Below, piece after piece: positions 37,025-51,444 of a stretch of 64,000 nucleotides of DNA. Source of the DNA: Octopus vulgaris (taxonomy: Eukaryota); the NCBI GenBank assembly GCA_951406725.2, contig OX597833.1, forward strand, positions 7,192,001 to 7,256,000. Reading direction: 5' to 3'. Position 1 is the stretch's first letter. Every line of letters starts with the position of its first letter. Position numbers and translations under genes: made by a program. Below the pieces are notes generated by a model. That model did not search any database, was not told the DNA's origin, and saw only the letters and a program-made list of their open reading frames with translations.

Positions 37025-38952
37025 ATAGTCCTTGAAATATTTCAGATTTTGCTGATTCCATATTTGCTGCTCCAACACCTGTCTGAAACATTTCCATAGG
37101 AAACTAATCAGCCGTTCCTCACAGCATTTAGTGTAGAATTATTCCTAAGTTTGGTCTTTTATTGCTAGTTGGAATATTCATCAGACATTGGTCCTGTTTG
37201 GCGCCGTTTGATGGAACCTACCAGTAATAGAAAGAACAACTGTTAAATATAAATTTTAAGAATGAATGTTAACCAATTCATGTAAGGTTTCTGTCAGTTA
37301 AGGACAACTTGTGTGTGTGTGTGTGTTTGTGTGTGTGTATGTTGGCGTGTGTGCAAGATAGTTTTGCAGAAGGGTAGAACTTGCTCTTGCATGCAAGTCT
37401 CCCACCTCTGTATACCACTAATGTTTATCCAAGAGAAAGGCCACTGATTTAGAATTGATGTGGTCTGGCACCAATGCCATGGTAGGTCCTTGCAGTCAGA
37501 ATGCAAAGAACCAGATCCGATACTCCAAGACATCTCAGGTTTCTCTCTGATACAATCTCTGCCAATCCACTCCCTCAGGTTGGTCGTTGTTTTTCAATCA
37601 ACCCATGACGATACGAAAGGCAAAGCTGTCCTCTCAGTGTTTTGAACTCAGTGTGCAGCAAGTCAGAACAAGAAGTCTGTGAAGCACACTTTCCGAAATT
37701 CTAAAGACTCTGCCAGTTCTTTGTTTATTTTGTTTTGTTTACTCTGTTTGTTGTTGAAATTCTTTGCCTTTGTTTCAATTAATTTTGAAAATAACAAAGA
37801 AATTAGTAAAATAATTTTGTCATTAATTAACCTTGTGTTTGGGCCATGAATTAACATGAAAATTTGATGGAACAAGTTTCATAATTCAGATAATTTTAAT
37901 TCTTTTTTTTTTCATGTTTGTATTGAAATATATTGCTCTTGTTTCAAGACATTTAGTAAAGCAATGAAGAATTTATTAAAATGATTTTGTCTATAAAGGC
38001 GGTGCTCCAGCATGGCCACAGTCGAATGACTGAAGCAAGTAAAAGAAATAAAAGAAAATTAATCTGGTATTTAGGACAACATGGAATTTCGATGGAAGGT
38101 TTTAGTTTAGATCACTTTAAGACGAGGGATGTGTATTGTGGAATTAAGGGCAATCTCTGGTGGAATAGTATTAAAAGGGTTGAACATCAAGATTCCAACA
38201 GATTTCAGTTTTACTTGGAAAATTTGGATCTTGATTTTAAACAAATTGAGGGTGTTATTGCTTTGACCTCCACTTTCCTGTTGCTCCCTGGGTCAGACAA
38301 TCTGTTGAGTCTGATTCTCTATGGCCAGGTGCCCTTCCTGTTGCCAACCTTCATCTACTTCCAAGCAAATGAATAATTTTGTCAGTCCTTCAAACAGAAA
38401 TAGCACAATGTGGGGGGATGGGATTTTGCAAGTGGACGACACCATTCGTAAGACAGTAATGCTTCTTTTTTTGCAATTAGTGCACGTTGTCAGGAAAAGG
38501 GGACACAAATAAAAAATGTGTACACACACCCTGTGGATGTCTTTCAGTTCCCATCTGTCAAATTTACTCACAAGGCTTTGATCAATCAAAGACACGTAAG
38601 ATGCTGTACAGTGGGATTGAACTTGAGACATTATGGGAAGCAAGAATCTCATTCACACAACCATATCTGTACCTATATATACACATACACACACACACTA
38701 TGCAAACACATAAGTGCAAAACAAGGTGGTAAAAATAATACTCAAATACTAAAGGTAGAATGAAATACTATTTCATCAATGCTGAAGTTTTTTTGGGCTT
38801 TAATAAAACTACACACGCACACACACATACACACACACACACACTCACACACACATATATATGTATGTATGTATATATGTATATGTATGTATGTATGTAT
38901 AGCAGAATTAGAAATAGAAAGTCCTTGGTACAGTATTATGTATTTTAAAAAG

Positions 38953-39108
38953 ATGAATAGAAATGGTCTCCCTCTTAATTTTTCCACTTTAATAATTAGA
39001 TGATCTATAAATTATTAGGTGTTTACTAATTGCTTTGTAGGCACCTAATGATTTAGAAACAGTTTATCAATAAAGTGGGAAAATTAACAGAAAACCATTT
39101 CTATTCAT
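38953..39108 (+). repeat. about 155-bp imperfect palindrome between microsatellites
   Basis: atgaatagaaatggt/accatttctattcat; ttaatttttccacttta/taaagtgggaaaattaa; taaattattaggtgtttac/gtaggcacctaatgattta. Confidence 0.8.
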
Positions 39109-39121
39109 TTATGTATGTATG

Positions 39122-39178
<57 letters not shown>

Positions 39179-42100
39179 CTCTATATATATAGATATATAC
39201 AAACATATATCCACAAATGCAAAGACCACATATCATTTAATCTGTCTTGTATAGACATATAAATATTTGATATCCTGCATATTCCACCTGTAAAGTTACT
39301 AAGCTACAGGTGGTGAAGCCTGTTATCATTTCCTCTATCAACCCTCCCCCCATTAGCTCTATACAGATTCCTTACTTGAATAATAGGTAATGAGGGTTAG
39401 CAACAGGAAGGGCAACCGACTGTAAAACAATGCCATGATAATATATTCCTCTAACTCATACTAGCAGGAAAAACAGATGGTAAAACTTAAATCCAATGAA
39501 TAATAAATCCATGTATATTCTGGTCCTTCTTATTTCGTCTTTCTGTTTGGTTTTCAAATAATCTGGGACTCATTGAACAACCAGGGGTTATAGTTTTCTT
39601 AGTTTAAATAATAATAATAATAATAATATGAGAACCTTATTATTCCGATTATCGAATCAAACTTTCTTTTTCCGTTATTTAAGATTATTTTACCTCTGTC
39701 CTTCCCTCTTCACAAAATGTGGTTTTCACTTCATTAAGCTCTCTCCTATCAAAGAAGAACTAAACGGTTTGCATGAAATATGCTAATCTTGTTGAAAACC
39801 CACATTTTTTTGAAGAAAAATAATAATTTAAATAATGTAAAGATAATTAAATGAATAGTCATTTGATTTAAAAAAAAAAAATGGATGCTATCTTTCCCAC
39901 CTAGCTGGTTATTGTGAGCCTTCTGGCTTGACCAACATAGTGAGGTAAAAGTATGTTTGCTGAAAATGTAATTGTAACTTGAACAACATAATTGCCTTCA
40001 TACTGTGTTGGTGCTTCAGTTTTCATGTATAATTATATGTGTGCATTTATCTTGCGAGCAACATGGCAACCTCACTAGTGCTGGTGCCACAAATATAGTA
40101 CCCAGTACGTTCTGTAAAGGGATTTGGTATTATGGCATTAGGAAGGGCCTTAAACCATAGAAAAGTAAACATTGGAGCATGAACCAGTCCTCCAATTGGT
40201 CGGATCCTGTCAAACTGTCCAACCCTTCCCAGCATGGAAGATGGACGTAAAATGGCGATATGTTGATATATTGTCCATTCATTTTGTTTAATGCCTGTTT
40301 TCGATGCAGGCATTGCTAAGCACGAGGAAACTGAAACTGGATTTTGAGCATGCATATATATATATATATTGCTGAACATTTGTGTTTACAAAGGAAAATG
40401 TACTCTGTACATAAAGTATAATTTCTATATTTTATTAGAAGCTGAAGCTTTTTGAATCATTACTTTAAGTTTCAAGATGATGATTTTGCAGACAATTGAA
40501 GCAGGAAAGCAGCATGACAATATATAAGCAAAAATATTCGTTATTCCTTTGTTGAAATAATAGTTTTTTGAAATTTGATTAATTGCCTAAACAAATGTTT
40601 CACACTCATCTGATCCCGTGTCATTTACAGAACATGTGCTATAGTCGTTGAAACATGTGGTTAGGGTGTTGGATCCCTGATTCTCAGGTCGTGGGTTCCA
40701 TTCTTGGACCTAGCAACATGTATCCATGAGCAAAGTTCTGAGTTTACTTGCAAAAATATGGTATAAGCTACTGGGTTATATATGTTTGTGAGTGATGGCT
40801 AAGGCCGTTCAGAAATATATTTTTGTCCTCAGTACCACATGTGTAAAACACACTAAACCCAGGAAGGTGACTCTTCAGGCAGTTTTAGTGTTGATGAGAA
40901 ACATTTTTTTAAAAAGATTATCTTTCAGTATATGATAAATCCTATACGTGGGAAATTATTTCAACCAATTGGTATTTGGAAATTTCTCGTCATATATCAA
41001 TAGAGTTAGCTGAAAGAATTTCATAATTTCAATCTTTTGTGCTAAACTGTGAAGAACTTGTAATCCTACGTTGTACTTCTCTCAGCGACTAAGATTACTG
41101 CTTCTGGGGCAGTTAATACAGGGATATATTTGTTATGGATTAAATGAGGTTATATCTGTTAGTATAGGCTGGATAAAAATCCTTAAAAAAAATTCCTCAC
41201 AGTGTAGGTATCTCTTCAGATTCTCAGAAAGACATCTCGCTGCTTCATTCTCCAAACATATTTGGAGTTTAAAGGATAACAATATTTAATATTAACAATT
41301 ATAAACTCGATTGGTTCAATGTAGAGCATACGTCGTCCTACTGTAATGGTTCCAGAAGCTGCCATCCTTGTTTCTTGGAGAAATATAGCACTCTGTTATA
41401 GACCTTTACAATTTGGAACAAAAAATTGAAATTGATAAGTTCTGAAAGTCACTTTCATTAATATTTGTTAAGGAATTTTCAAATAGCAATGGTTAAAATA
41501 GTTTATTTCCCACATATTGAATTTATCATACTCTGAAAGATAATCACATATTGAGAAAAAATAACCCTGAAACTGCCTAAATAATAACCAGCTTGCTTTT
41601 GTGTGTTTTACACATATGATGCTGAGGTCAAGATAATAATAGGTATGGGTAAATAATTCTTTCACGTGTTATGCGTATGACAGTTGGATGATTGTGTGAG
41701 GCAATCAAACAAAACGATCAGTTGTATTTCGATGGGATTTACGAATACTTTTGATTAGATATTGTCACGCTACTTTCTTTCTTGAATCGTTTGAATAAAA
41801 GGTAAATGAGAGAGTAACTGTTCATACTACAACTACTACTAATAAAAATAACATATCCAATTGCTACGGTCTGTAGATGAAAAAGAAGATGGTACTTAAA
41901 GCAAAGTGTATAGTTTATTCATATATTTTTAAAACTGAGATTGTTGTCAGTACTCCAATTTCATGCTCTTACTGTGTGTAATCTGAGTAAAAGCCTCATA
42001 TATTCGTTTGAAGCTTAGGCTTTCCTCTGTCACTGCTCCGAGATTATTCATTTCTTCAAAGTAATTTTCATATACGTTTCACGATATTGTGGAGTATGTG

Positions 42101-42345
42101 ATAGAAACAGGAAACTCAGAGTAGCGACTGAGCAAAACTTTGCTTTAAATGAATGTATATATTTTACGACGTGTTGAAATATTTTTCTCTTTTGTATGTC
42201 CAGCTAAATGCATACATATGTGTGTACGCGTGTATATAATATATATATATATATAAAATGGCGGTGCCCCAGCATGGCCACAGCTCATGAGCTGAAACTA
42301 GAATCAATCAATCAATCAATCAATCATATATATATATATATATAT

Positions 42346-42558
42346 ATGTAATCATTATCGATTGCACATAATGTATGTGCTTTGTTCGCCGGATTCGCTG
42401 CGGAATATTTCTTGGGAATGACACCCTTATGACGTTGGGTGTTAAAACACCTGAAAGTCAGCATTATAAGGGAGTCATCTCCAAGCGCTATACCGCAGCG
42501 AGTCCGGCGAACAAACAAAGCACGTGCATTGAATATGTGTGATCGATAATGTTTACAT
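42346..42558 (+). repeat. about 210-bp imperfect palindrome (long hairpin)
   Basis: e.g. ttcgccggattcgctgcgg / ccgcagcgagtccggcgaa; terminal hairpin ggtgtt-aa-aacacc. Confidence 0.85.
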
Positions 42559-44355
42559 GACTAACGCACCTTGTAATTCGTTATTGAATACACCTACACA
42601 CACACACTCATACGACACACATGCATCGATGTGTGTGAATAATGCAGATTACATTGTCAGATATTATTGGTAAATTAATACCAACCAACTTTGATGAGTT
42701 TCTCTGCAAAACAAAAAAAAAATAATAAAGAATCTACCATTTTCTCAACTTTGCTGCCGCAGAACTCTGCATAAAGACTCTCTCTTGTTCCATGCTGCAT
42801 TTAACAATTCCAAAATAAAAATGGTGGTTTTTTAAATAATAAAAGAAAAAAAAACTAAACTCAAAGTCGTTTGTCTCTGATCATTTGTTGAATTGTTTTC
42901 GTATTTTTTATTTTATTTTATTTTTTGTACTTGTGTCTGGGCAAGGAAGCTGACCCCATGGCCTACTTTTTTTCTTTTATTTTGTAAATTTTCTGATACC
43001 TGTTGTATCTTATTGGTACCTGGCGAAGGCAGTGTCTGTCGATGGTGTTGACCAGGCACGGACTGACTTTATCGAGAAGAGGGCCGCTTGACACAAGTGG
43101 GCTGCACTACTAAAAAGCAATGAAGGGCTAAGTTATTGTTAGGCATGCCATTCAGAAAGTCCCACAGGCCACAGTTTGCCCGTGACTGTCGTAGACGGTA
43201 TCAATCGATACACGACGATAAATGTGTCTGTGAATATTCAATAAAGACGATTTCTATCGATACAGAGTGACGATGGTCTCTTGGACAAAGCAAGGAATGA
43301 GATTAAAAGACGTCTAAGTAGAAAGAAAACCAGGCGTTTGGAGAATTATGAAGAGAATTGTGTTGGGTAAAAGCATAGAAAACATTGTAAATAGGAATTG
43401 TCCAAATAGACAAAACCTTTCCGTTTTACAGAGGATGGTTGATCAGGACTGACTTGCGATTAAACAACCGATGTATATTCTATCGAGCTGAGAGGTATAA
43501 AGATTAATCGCTTCATCTGGCTTAATGCTGTCCACGTCTTTGAGGTTTGCTGTTTTGTAAGCTGTATGGCAACCTCCGTGGTGCTGGTGGCAAGAAAAAA
43601 AAAAGCAACCAGTACACTCTGCAAAGTGGTTGGCATTAGGAAGGGCATTCCTGGTGTAGAGACGATGCCAAAGTAGGCACTGGAGCGCAATGCAGTCCTT
43701 GGATCCACCGGATTCTACTAGATCTTCCAACCCATGTCAGCATGGAATATGGTCGTTAAAGGACGTTTATGACGATTCTTGAGGGTTTTGAACCCCACAC
43801 ATAAAAAGATGAACAGGAAAGACTACCCCCCCACCGGGGTCTGTCTTAACACAATAAGTAAGCGCTGGTGATATTCACAGAGAATTTCTGTGATGGCCTT
43901 CAACTAAATGGGATTTTGAAGAATGTTTTGCTGTTTGCGAGGAACATTTTGATATCAATCTAAGAATCAGAAGATAAAAAGAACGAAATTAAAGACATTC
44001 GACTTGGTTATCTTCTGGCCTGGTGCCACCGGATATAAACCAGTGTTTGTTGCACCGATTCTGGCAACATAATACCATGTTTCAAGACGATACCTGCCTC
44101 TAATTTCAGATTTATTTCTATGATGACTGGGTGTTAATCTCAGTCTATTCTTGTTCCCGTAATGTTTATATATTTTGGTAATTGAAGATAACCGAACTAA
44201 TTGTTCTCTGTCGACTCCTCCCATCTTATTAGAACACGCGCATGTGTGTGTATATTGTGTATTGTGTATGAATGTATATATTATATATAGGTATATATAC
44301 ACATACCACATAAGTAGATACATATACCAAAAACGTAAAACTTATATTTGCGTGT

Positions 44356-44434
<79 letters not shown>

Positions 44435-44462
44435 TACATGTATAAATATATAAATATACATG

Positions 44463-44504
<42 letters not shown>

Positions 44505-45180
44505 CATGTATATATATATGTATGTATATATCTGTATATATATATGTATATATATACATATATGTATATGTATAAATATATATGTATATACATATATACA
44601 CAATATATATATACGTATATATACATTTTATGAATACATTCATACATACATATATATACATATACGCATGCAACATATACGTACATATCAGTGGATTTTA
44701 TAACCTTTCCTTACAAAATAGTAAATGGCAAATTTTTCAACTTCAATCGCTTCTTTAACTGCCCTCATATATTATATGCATATATACACACACACGCACA
44801 CACACACATACATACAGATAGACAGACAGACAGATAGTTATTTGGCAGAGATGTTAGGGCATCAGCGAGATTGCATTACGTAATCATACAGGCGCCCTGC
44901 GATCTGGTTTCAAATGCCACCGAACTCATCTTCATCTTTCATCCTTTTGATGTTAATAAAAAAAAAACACCGACCCAATTCTGGGGTCGATGATTCTTCT
45001 TTTTTTCTCACTCATTCTTCCTTCTTCTTCTTCTTCTTCTTCTTCTTCTTCTTCTTCTCGAATATTGATTGTATTCAAACGTGAGTAGGCATTGGCTTGG
45101 CCAAGTATAAAAAGGGTTTAAGATATACTCTATGTCCCCACGACTCCATCAACGCATTAAGGGCCTCATAATATCTATCA

Positions 45181-45219
<39 letters not shown>

Positions 45220-45565
45220 ATCTCTCTCTCTCTCTTCCTCTCTCTCTCTCTCCCTCTCTCTCTCTCTCTTCCTCTCTCTCTCTCTCTATCTATCTGCATG
45301 CATGCGCATATGTATGTATGTATGTATATATGTATGTATGTATATATGTATGTATGTATGCATGCATGCATGTATGTATTTATGTATGTATGCACGTGTG
45401 TGTGTGTGTGTATGTGTGTATGTATATAGTTTATTTAATCCAGGGTCTGTTACCCTGGACTTTCGACAGCATGCTGCCGTTTCTTCAGACATGTTGATAC
45501 TCCAGAGTAACAGACACCACTCTGAGTTTGTGCTGAGTGCTTTCTCCGGATCGATACCAAAGAAC

Positions 45566-45603
<38 letters not shown>

Positions 45604-45656
45604 GTACACATGTGGATAAGTATGTACGTTTATAAACATATATTGCTTGTGTGTGT

Positions 45657-45692
<36 letters not shown>

Positions 45693-45908
45693 ATGTTGTC
45701 TATGCCAACGAAGTTGGTGCTGAGCAGTGTCTAAAGCTGTTATACAGAGACGCAGGTGAATGGCTAATTCCTCCAAAATTCTAAACTCATCCATCACGTG
45801 AGCCACCAAAGTTATTTGGCACCAACATTCTGGATGAGTTCTGCTGATCCAAATGCTTTAAGTACCCATCCCACTGCCAGCCACACTTCACTTTCGCAAC
45901 CCAAAATC

Positions 45909-45943
<35 letters not shown>

Positions 45944-46837
45944 TTGTTTGTTTTTTCCTTTATGATGTCTTATATTTCAATTTCCGTCCGTGAATCTTTG
46001 CGTGTCTGTATGTGTGTGCTGCTCTCTATCTTCCCAGCTCACTGATGTGTGTATGTGTGTGTGTGTGTGTGTGAGTGTGTGTGTTTGTGGGTGTGTGTGT
46101 GTGTTCTTGTATGTGTGTGCGTGTCTGTGTTCGTGTTTATGTGTTATATATTTTTAGGTTAGCATATGATTGAACAGCGAACATATTTTGAAAATACGAA
46201 ATGAGATATTGCACACACACGCACAAACACACACATTCTTATAGAAATAATTTACAATATTTACTCGTGTATTAGTCGTACTATTTTATACTTAATTTTA
46301 TTCGAAAAAAAATTTGGGGTGCGACCTAATACGGTATCATACAAATAGAATAAAAAGCAGAAAAGCATAAATTTCACATATAGTTCATAATGTTATTGTG
46401 CTCAACAGCTGTTTCATTGACATAAAACATCGTTATTTATCATTATTAATCGAAACTATGTAGACAGCACAAGAAGAAGCGACCGTAAGGTCGCTTTTAA
46501 GTGTGCTGTCAACATAATTCGATTAACCTCTGCCCCTTTTGTCCATCTACTGCGCATGCGCTCTCTGTTGTAGTAACAGAAATAATTTTTTCATATAACG
46601 TAATGGATGGTTTATTCTTTATATAATGCAATGTGTAAGTTGGTGTGTATGTGTGTGTGTGTGTGATAATGCATGCTGATATATGTATGCTACATAATAT
46701 GGGTGCTATTCTGTGTGTGCGCGAGTACGGTGTATGTGTATGTGTGTGTGTGCGTGCATGTGTTGCGTGTAGGTGTGTGCATGCATGTTTGTGTGCGTGT
46801 GTGTGTTAATGTAATTAGTGCGAGTTATATAACGTAC

Positions 46838-47172
46838 GTGCTTAGAAGTTAGGGCGTTCGGTTCCCGATTGCAAGGTCGTGAATTCGAATCCCGGCGGTG
46901 TATTTTGTCCTTGAGCAAGACACTTTATTTTCCCGTTGCTCCAGTCCACTCGGCTGGCAAAAATGAGTGGTACCTGTATTTCAAAGGATCACATTTCAAA
47001 GGGGCCATTCTTGTCCCATTCTATATTACGCTGAATCTCCCCGAGAACTACGTCAAGTGTACGCGTGTCTGTGGAGTACTCAACCGTTTGAACGTTAATC
47101 TCACGAGCAGGCTGTTCTGTTGATCGGATTAGATCAACCGGAACATTCGTCGTCGTAACCGACGGAGAGTCA
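46838..47172 (+). mobile_element. SINE: family-E-like head with family-B tail
   Basis: cttgagcaagacacttta domain followed by gtacctgtatttcaa...cgtcgtaaccgacggag. Confidence 0.8.
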
Positions 47173-48059
47173 GACATGTATGTGTGTGTGTGTATAGAAG
47201 TAAAATGACCAATATATCAACACAATGGACCACTTCCTGTTTCTTGGAGTGCCATCTGGTGAGATGAGCAGCTCCCTGTGAGAGACTAGTGCCCCACTGT
47301 AGCGTTGTTATATCTCACTTCATCTTTACATCGCATCGACACAACCACCCAGAGCTTTCTTAGAGGTTTCGTATCATACCCACACTTACACAGATATACA
47401 CACATATGCACATATACGCACATACATAAGGCGGTGAGCTGGCAGAAACGTTAGCGCACCGGGCGAAATGCTTAGCGGTATTTCGTCTGCTGTTACGTTC
47501 TGAGTTCAAATTCCGCCGAGGTCAACTTTGCCTTTCATCCTTTCGGGGTCGATAAATAAAGTACCAGTTACGCATTGGGGTCGATGTAATCGACTTAATC
47601 CGTTTGTCTGTCCTTGTTTGTCCCCTCTATGGGCCATTCTTGTCACATTCTGTATTACACCGAATCTCCTTGAGAATTACGTCAAGTGTACGCGTGTCTG
47701 TGGAGTGCTCAACCGCTTGCACGTTAATCTTACGAGCAGGCTGTTCTGTTGATCGGATCAACCGGAACATTCGTCGTCGTAACCGACGGAGAGTCATACA
47801 TGTGGGCAGTAAAGAAATATATACGCACACACTCACGTACATATACATGTACACACACATACAAGCAAGCACATATTCTTTTATTCTTTTATTCTTTTAT
47901 TCTTTTATTCTTTTATTCTTTTATTCTTTTATTCTTTTAATGGTTTCAGTCGAAATGGTTGTGACGAGGTGTCAAAGCCTCCGCTCAAAGCACAAGAAGG
48001 TGAGTATGACAGAGAACCGGAATAAGGAGATCGAGAAGGATTAGAGAAGAATTTTGTAA

Positions 48060-48420
48060 AGTCTGAGATCATAGATTTTGAAATGCCAAAATGACAAGGG
48101 AGCGTATTAGAAAGGAATTGGTAAAACTGAAAGATGCCAAGACCAAACCAGGGAGACGGAGAGAGACTGGAAGATTAAGACAACAATTCTTCCTGTGGTG
48201 ATTGGTGCATTTGGCACAACACCGAAATCGTTACCAAAGAGGCTGAAGGATATTGGAACTGAGCCTTGCATTGTCGACCGGTAGAAAAGTGCAATTTTGG
48301 ATTCTGGAAAGAAAATCCTGAGATGGATTCTTGAGATTTGAGGAGACTTGTTGTCACCAAACCTCGAGACAACATCCTTGCTAGCTAATATAGCAAGTAA
48401 TAGTTATAACAACGATATCA
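48060..48420 (+). mobile_element. R4/Dong-like LINE 3' fragment
   Basis: WKIKTTILPVVIGAFGTTPKSLPKRLKDIG...KSAILDSGKKILRWILEI*; second tiny copy at 48601-48695 (IQKSAPLGTTRIVREALDI*). Confidence 0.75.
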
Positions 48421-48423
48421 TCT

Positions 48424-48493
<70 letters not shown>

Positions 48494-48556
48494 GTCGTCA
48501 TCGTCATCATCATTATCATCATCACCACCACCACCACCACCACCACCACCACCACC

Positions 48557-48590
<34 letters not shown>

Positions 48591-49036
48591 CCACCACCAG
48601 AGAGTTGCCTTGATTCAGAAATCTGCTCCATTGGGAACAACAAGGATTGTAAGAGAGGCCCTCGATATCTAAGGAAACTGGTTGTGACCCGGTACCAAGG
48701 ACATTGGCTCAGAACATAAAGCATTCCTTCACAACATGAATAATAATGGTTTCAAGTTTTGGCACCAGGGCAGTTGTCTGAAGTGGAAGGGGCGGGGGTG
48801 GGGTGGAGGTTGATCTATTATATTGAACCAGGACTTGGCTGAGACTTTATTTCATCGACCCTGAATGGATGGAAGATAAAGTTGACTTCAGTCGGATTTG
48901 AACTCAGACCATAAAAAACTGAAACAATTACCTCTAGAAATTATGTCCAACACTCTAATTATGCTCCACTCATCATCATCATCAGCATCATTATCACCAT
49001 CATCATCATCATCATCACCATCATCATCACCATCAC

Positions 49037-49083
<47 letters not shown>

Positions 49084-49136
49084 CCACCACCACCATCATC
49101 ATCACCATCATCATCATCATCACCACCACCACCATC

Positions 49137-49168
<32 letters not shown>

Positions 49169-49279
49169 CATCACCACCACCACCACCACCATCATCATCA
49201 TCATAATCATCACCACCACCACCACCATCATCATCGTCATCACCATCATCATCATCGTCATCATCATCACCACCATCAT

Positions 49280-49347
<68 letters not shown>

Positions 49348-49366
49348 CCATCATCATCACCATCAC

Positions 49367-49404
<38 letters not shown>

Positions 49405-49441
49405 CCACCACCACCATCATCATCACCATCATCATCATCAT

Positions 49442-49492
<51 letters not shown>

Positions 49493-49499
49493 CATCACC

Positions 49500-49533
<34 letters not shown>

Positions 49534-49566
49534 TCATCATCACCACCACCACCACCATCATCATCG

Positions 49567-49603
<37 letters not shown>

Positions 49604-49610
49604 CCATCAT

Positions 49611-49678
<68 letters not shown>

Positions 49679-49748
49679 TCATCATCACCATCATTATTAC
49701 ACCTACCATCTTCATCATCACTACCCATCGTCATCATCACCATCATCA
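48424..49748. repeat. compound (CAT)n/(CAC)n arrays (48424-48599 and 48969-49748)
   Basis: Directly visible; source of the poly-D/G/M/V ORFs. Confidence 0.95.
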
Positions 49749-49884
49749 GCCCCCCCCTTCTACCCAGCACTTCTTTTTGTTTCCTTTCTCCTCTTCATTC
49801 TTCTTACCATCATCGTCACCGCCACCACCACCACCCACCACCACCACCACTATGATGTTCATCATCATCATCAGCTGCAGCAAT

Positions 49885-49915
<31 letters not shown>

Positions 49916-50552
49916 TCACACGCACAAAGAAAAGTGTAGAGAATATAAAGAATTTCGTGTTTTTAATGTGTGAGAGGAAAGAAGAGGCTGAAAAAGAGGA
50001 AAGAGAGAGAAAGAGAGAGAAAGAGAAAGAAAGAGAGAGAGGGAGGGAGAGGGAAAATAGAAAGAGAGAAGGGAAAATAGAAAGGTAAACGGGGTGAGAA
50101 AAGGAGAAGGTAAAAGTAGTTAGAGTGAGATAAGGAAAGAAGGGGAGGAAAAGATAGATGCTGTGAGAAAGAGGAGGGGAAAGAGATACAATGAGAAAGA
50201 GAGAGTGGGAGGTAAGAGAGAGAGAGAGAGGGTGGGAGGTAAGAGAGAGAGAGTGGGAGGTAAGAGAGAGAGAGGGTGGCAGTAAAGCATCTAATTTCTA
50301 ATTGTTGGCAATATGGCGGCCGACTGTAGAAAGATGTCGCTTATTTTGGTTCGAAATTTTACCGGTTTGAGTCACTGTTTGATGGTGGCGGCGGCGGTGA
50401 TGGTGGTGGTGTTGTTGTTGGTGATAATAATGATGATGTTAATGATGATGCAATGTGCACATTTACACACACACATACACACATGCACACACATTTCCAT
50501 TCAGTTCTACATTTAACACATACATACATACATACATACATACATACATACA

Positions 50553-50583
<31 letters not shown>

Positions 50584-50681
50584 GCATGCATACATATATG
50601 TATATACATATATGCATATACATATATACATATATTGCGCACTTGCATTCACACATAGCTGCATAAATACTTACACACACG

Positions 50682-50747
<66 letters not shown>

Positions 50748-51156
50748 TACACGGCATATTTACATCGACACGTTTATACAACTAATGATTCGCATTACCT
50801 ACATATATAGAAGTACACTTCACACTAATATACACTCATTGCGCTACACAGCATATACACACTCACAGTGCAACACAGAATACTCATGATCGCATAGGTA
50901 CACAGTGTATATACACTCGTATATACACAGCAAAGAATATATACACTCGAATGGGTTTATACGTACCCAAGGTGTCACGCAGTGGGATTGAAACCGGAAC
51001 CACGGGGTGAGAAGTTTGCTTCCCAGCCGTATGGTTCCAGGTTCAGTCCCACTATGTGACATCTTGGGCAAGATCTTCTACTGTAGCCTCGGGTCGACCA
51101 AAACTTTGTGGATTTGGTAGACGGAAACTGAAAGAATCCCATCATATATATATATA

Positions 51157-51214
<58 letters not shown>

Positions 51215-51220
<6 letters not shown>

Positions 51221-51411
51221 AAGTTTACGAAAATAAACAAAAGACGAAGGCAGGTGGAGTACAAACAAACAATTGTATTAGTATGGCGCTCAGGAATAGA
51301 AATAAAACAAATCTTTTTCGTTTCGAGCCTACGCTCTTCGACAGAAAGATACACAGAAAAGAAACAAGGAGAGAAAAAAATTGCGTGCAGGGGCTAACGA
51401 TCTATCATGGC

Positions 51412-51412
<1 letters not shown>
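51215..51412 (-). mobile_element. short hammerhead-like-motif element, family copy 3, nested in the internal microsatellite of a family-A SINE
   Basis: Same sequence as 9355-9493; SINE A head at 51003-51145 and body resumes at about 51465-51545. Confidence 0.7.
51311..51350 (-). ncRNA. minimal hammerhead-like motif, variant core CTGTCGA, triplet mutated
   Basis: Reverse complement: ATCTTT CTGTCGA A GAGC-GTAG-GCTC GAAA CG AA AAAGAT. Confidence 0.45.

Positions 51413-51444
<32 letters not shown>

Noticed and set aside
39200-42250. Repeat-poor AT-rich stretch as possible exons of another gene
   Set aside because: No ORF with recognisable homology or convincing splice pairs; may be extended 3' UTR or intergenic DNA
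42932-43190. Possible hAT-type MITE (ctgggcaa...ttgcccgtg)
   Set aside because: Termini too degenerate and no TSD seen
44068-44120. - strand CTGAAATTA-GAGGC...GTCTT-GAAAC-ATG-GTA
   Set aside because: Core deviates too far from CUGANGA and the stems are weak; chance cannot be excluded
48888-49721. 277-aa Asp/Gly-rich and 213-aa Met/Val-rich ORFs
   Set aside because: Translations of the CAT/CAC array with no unique domain or splice support
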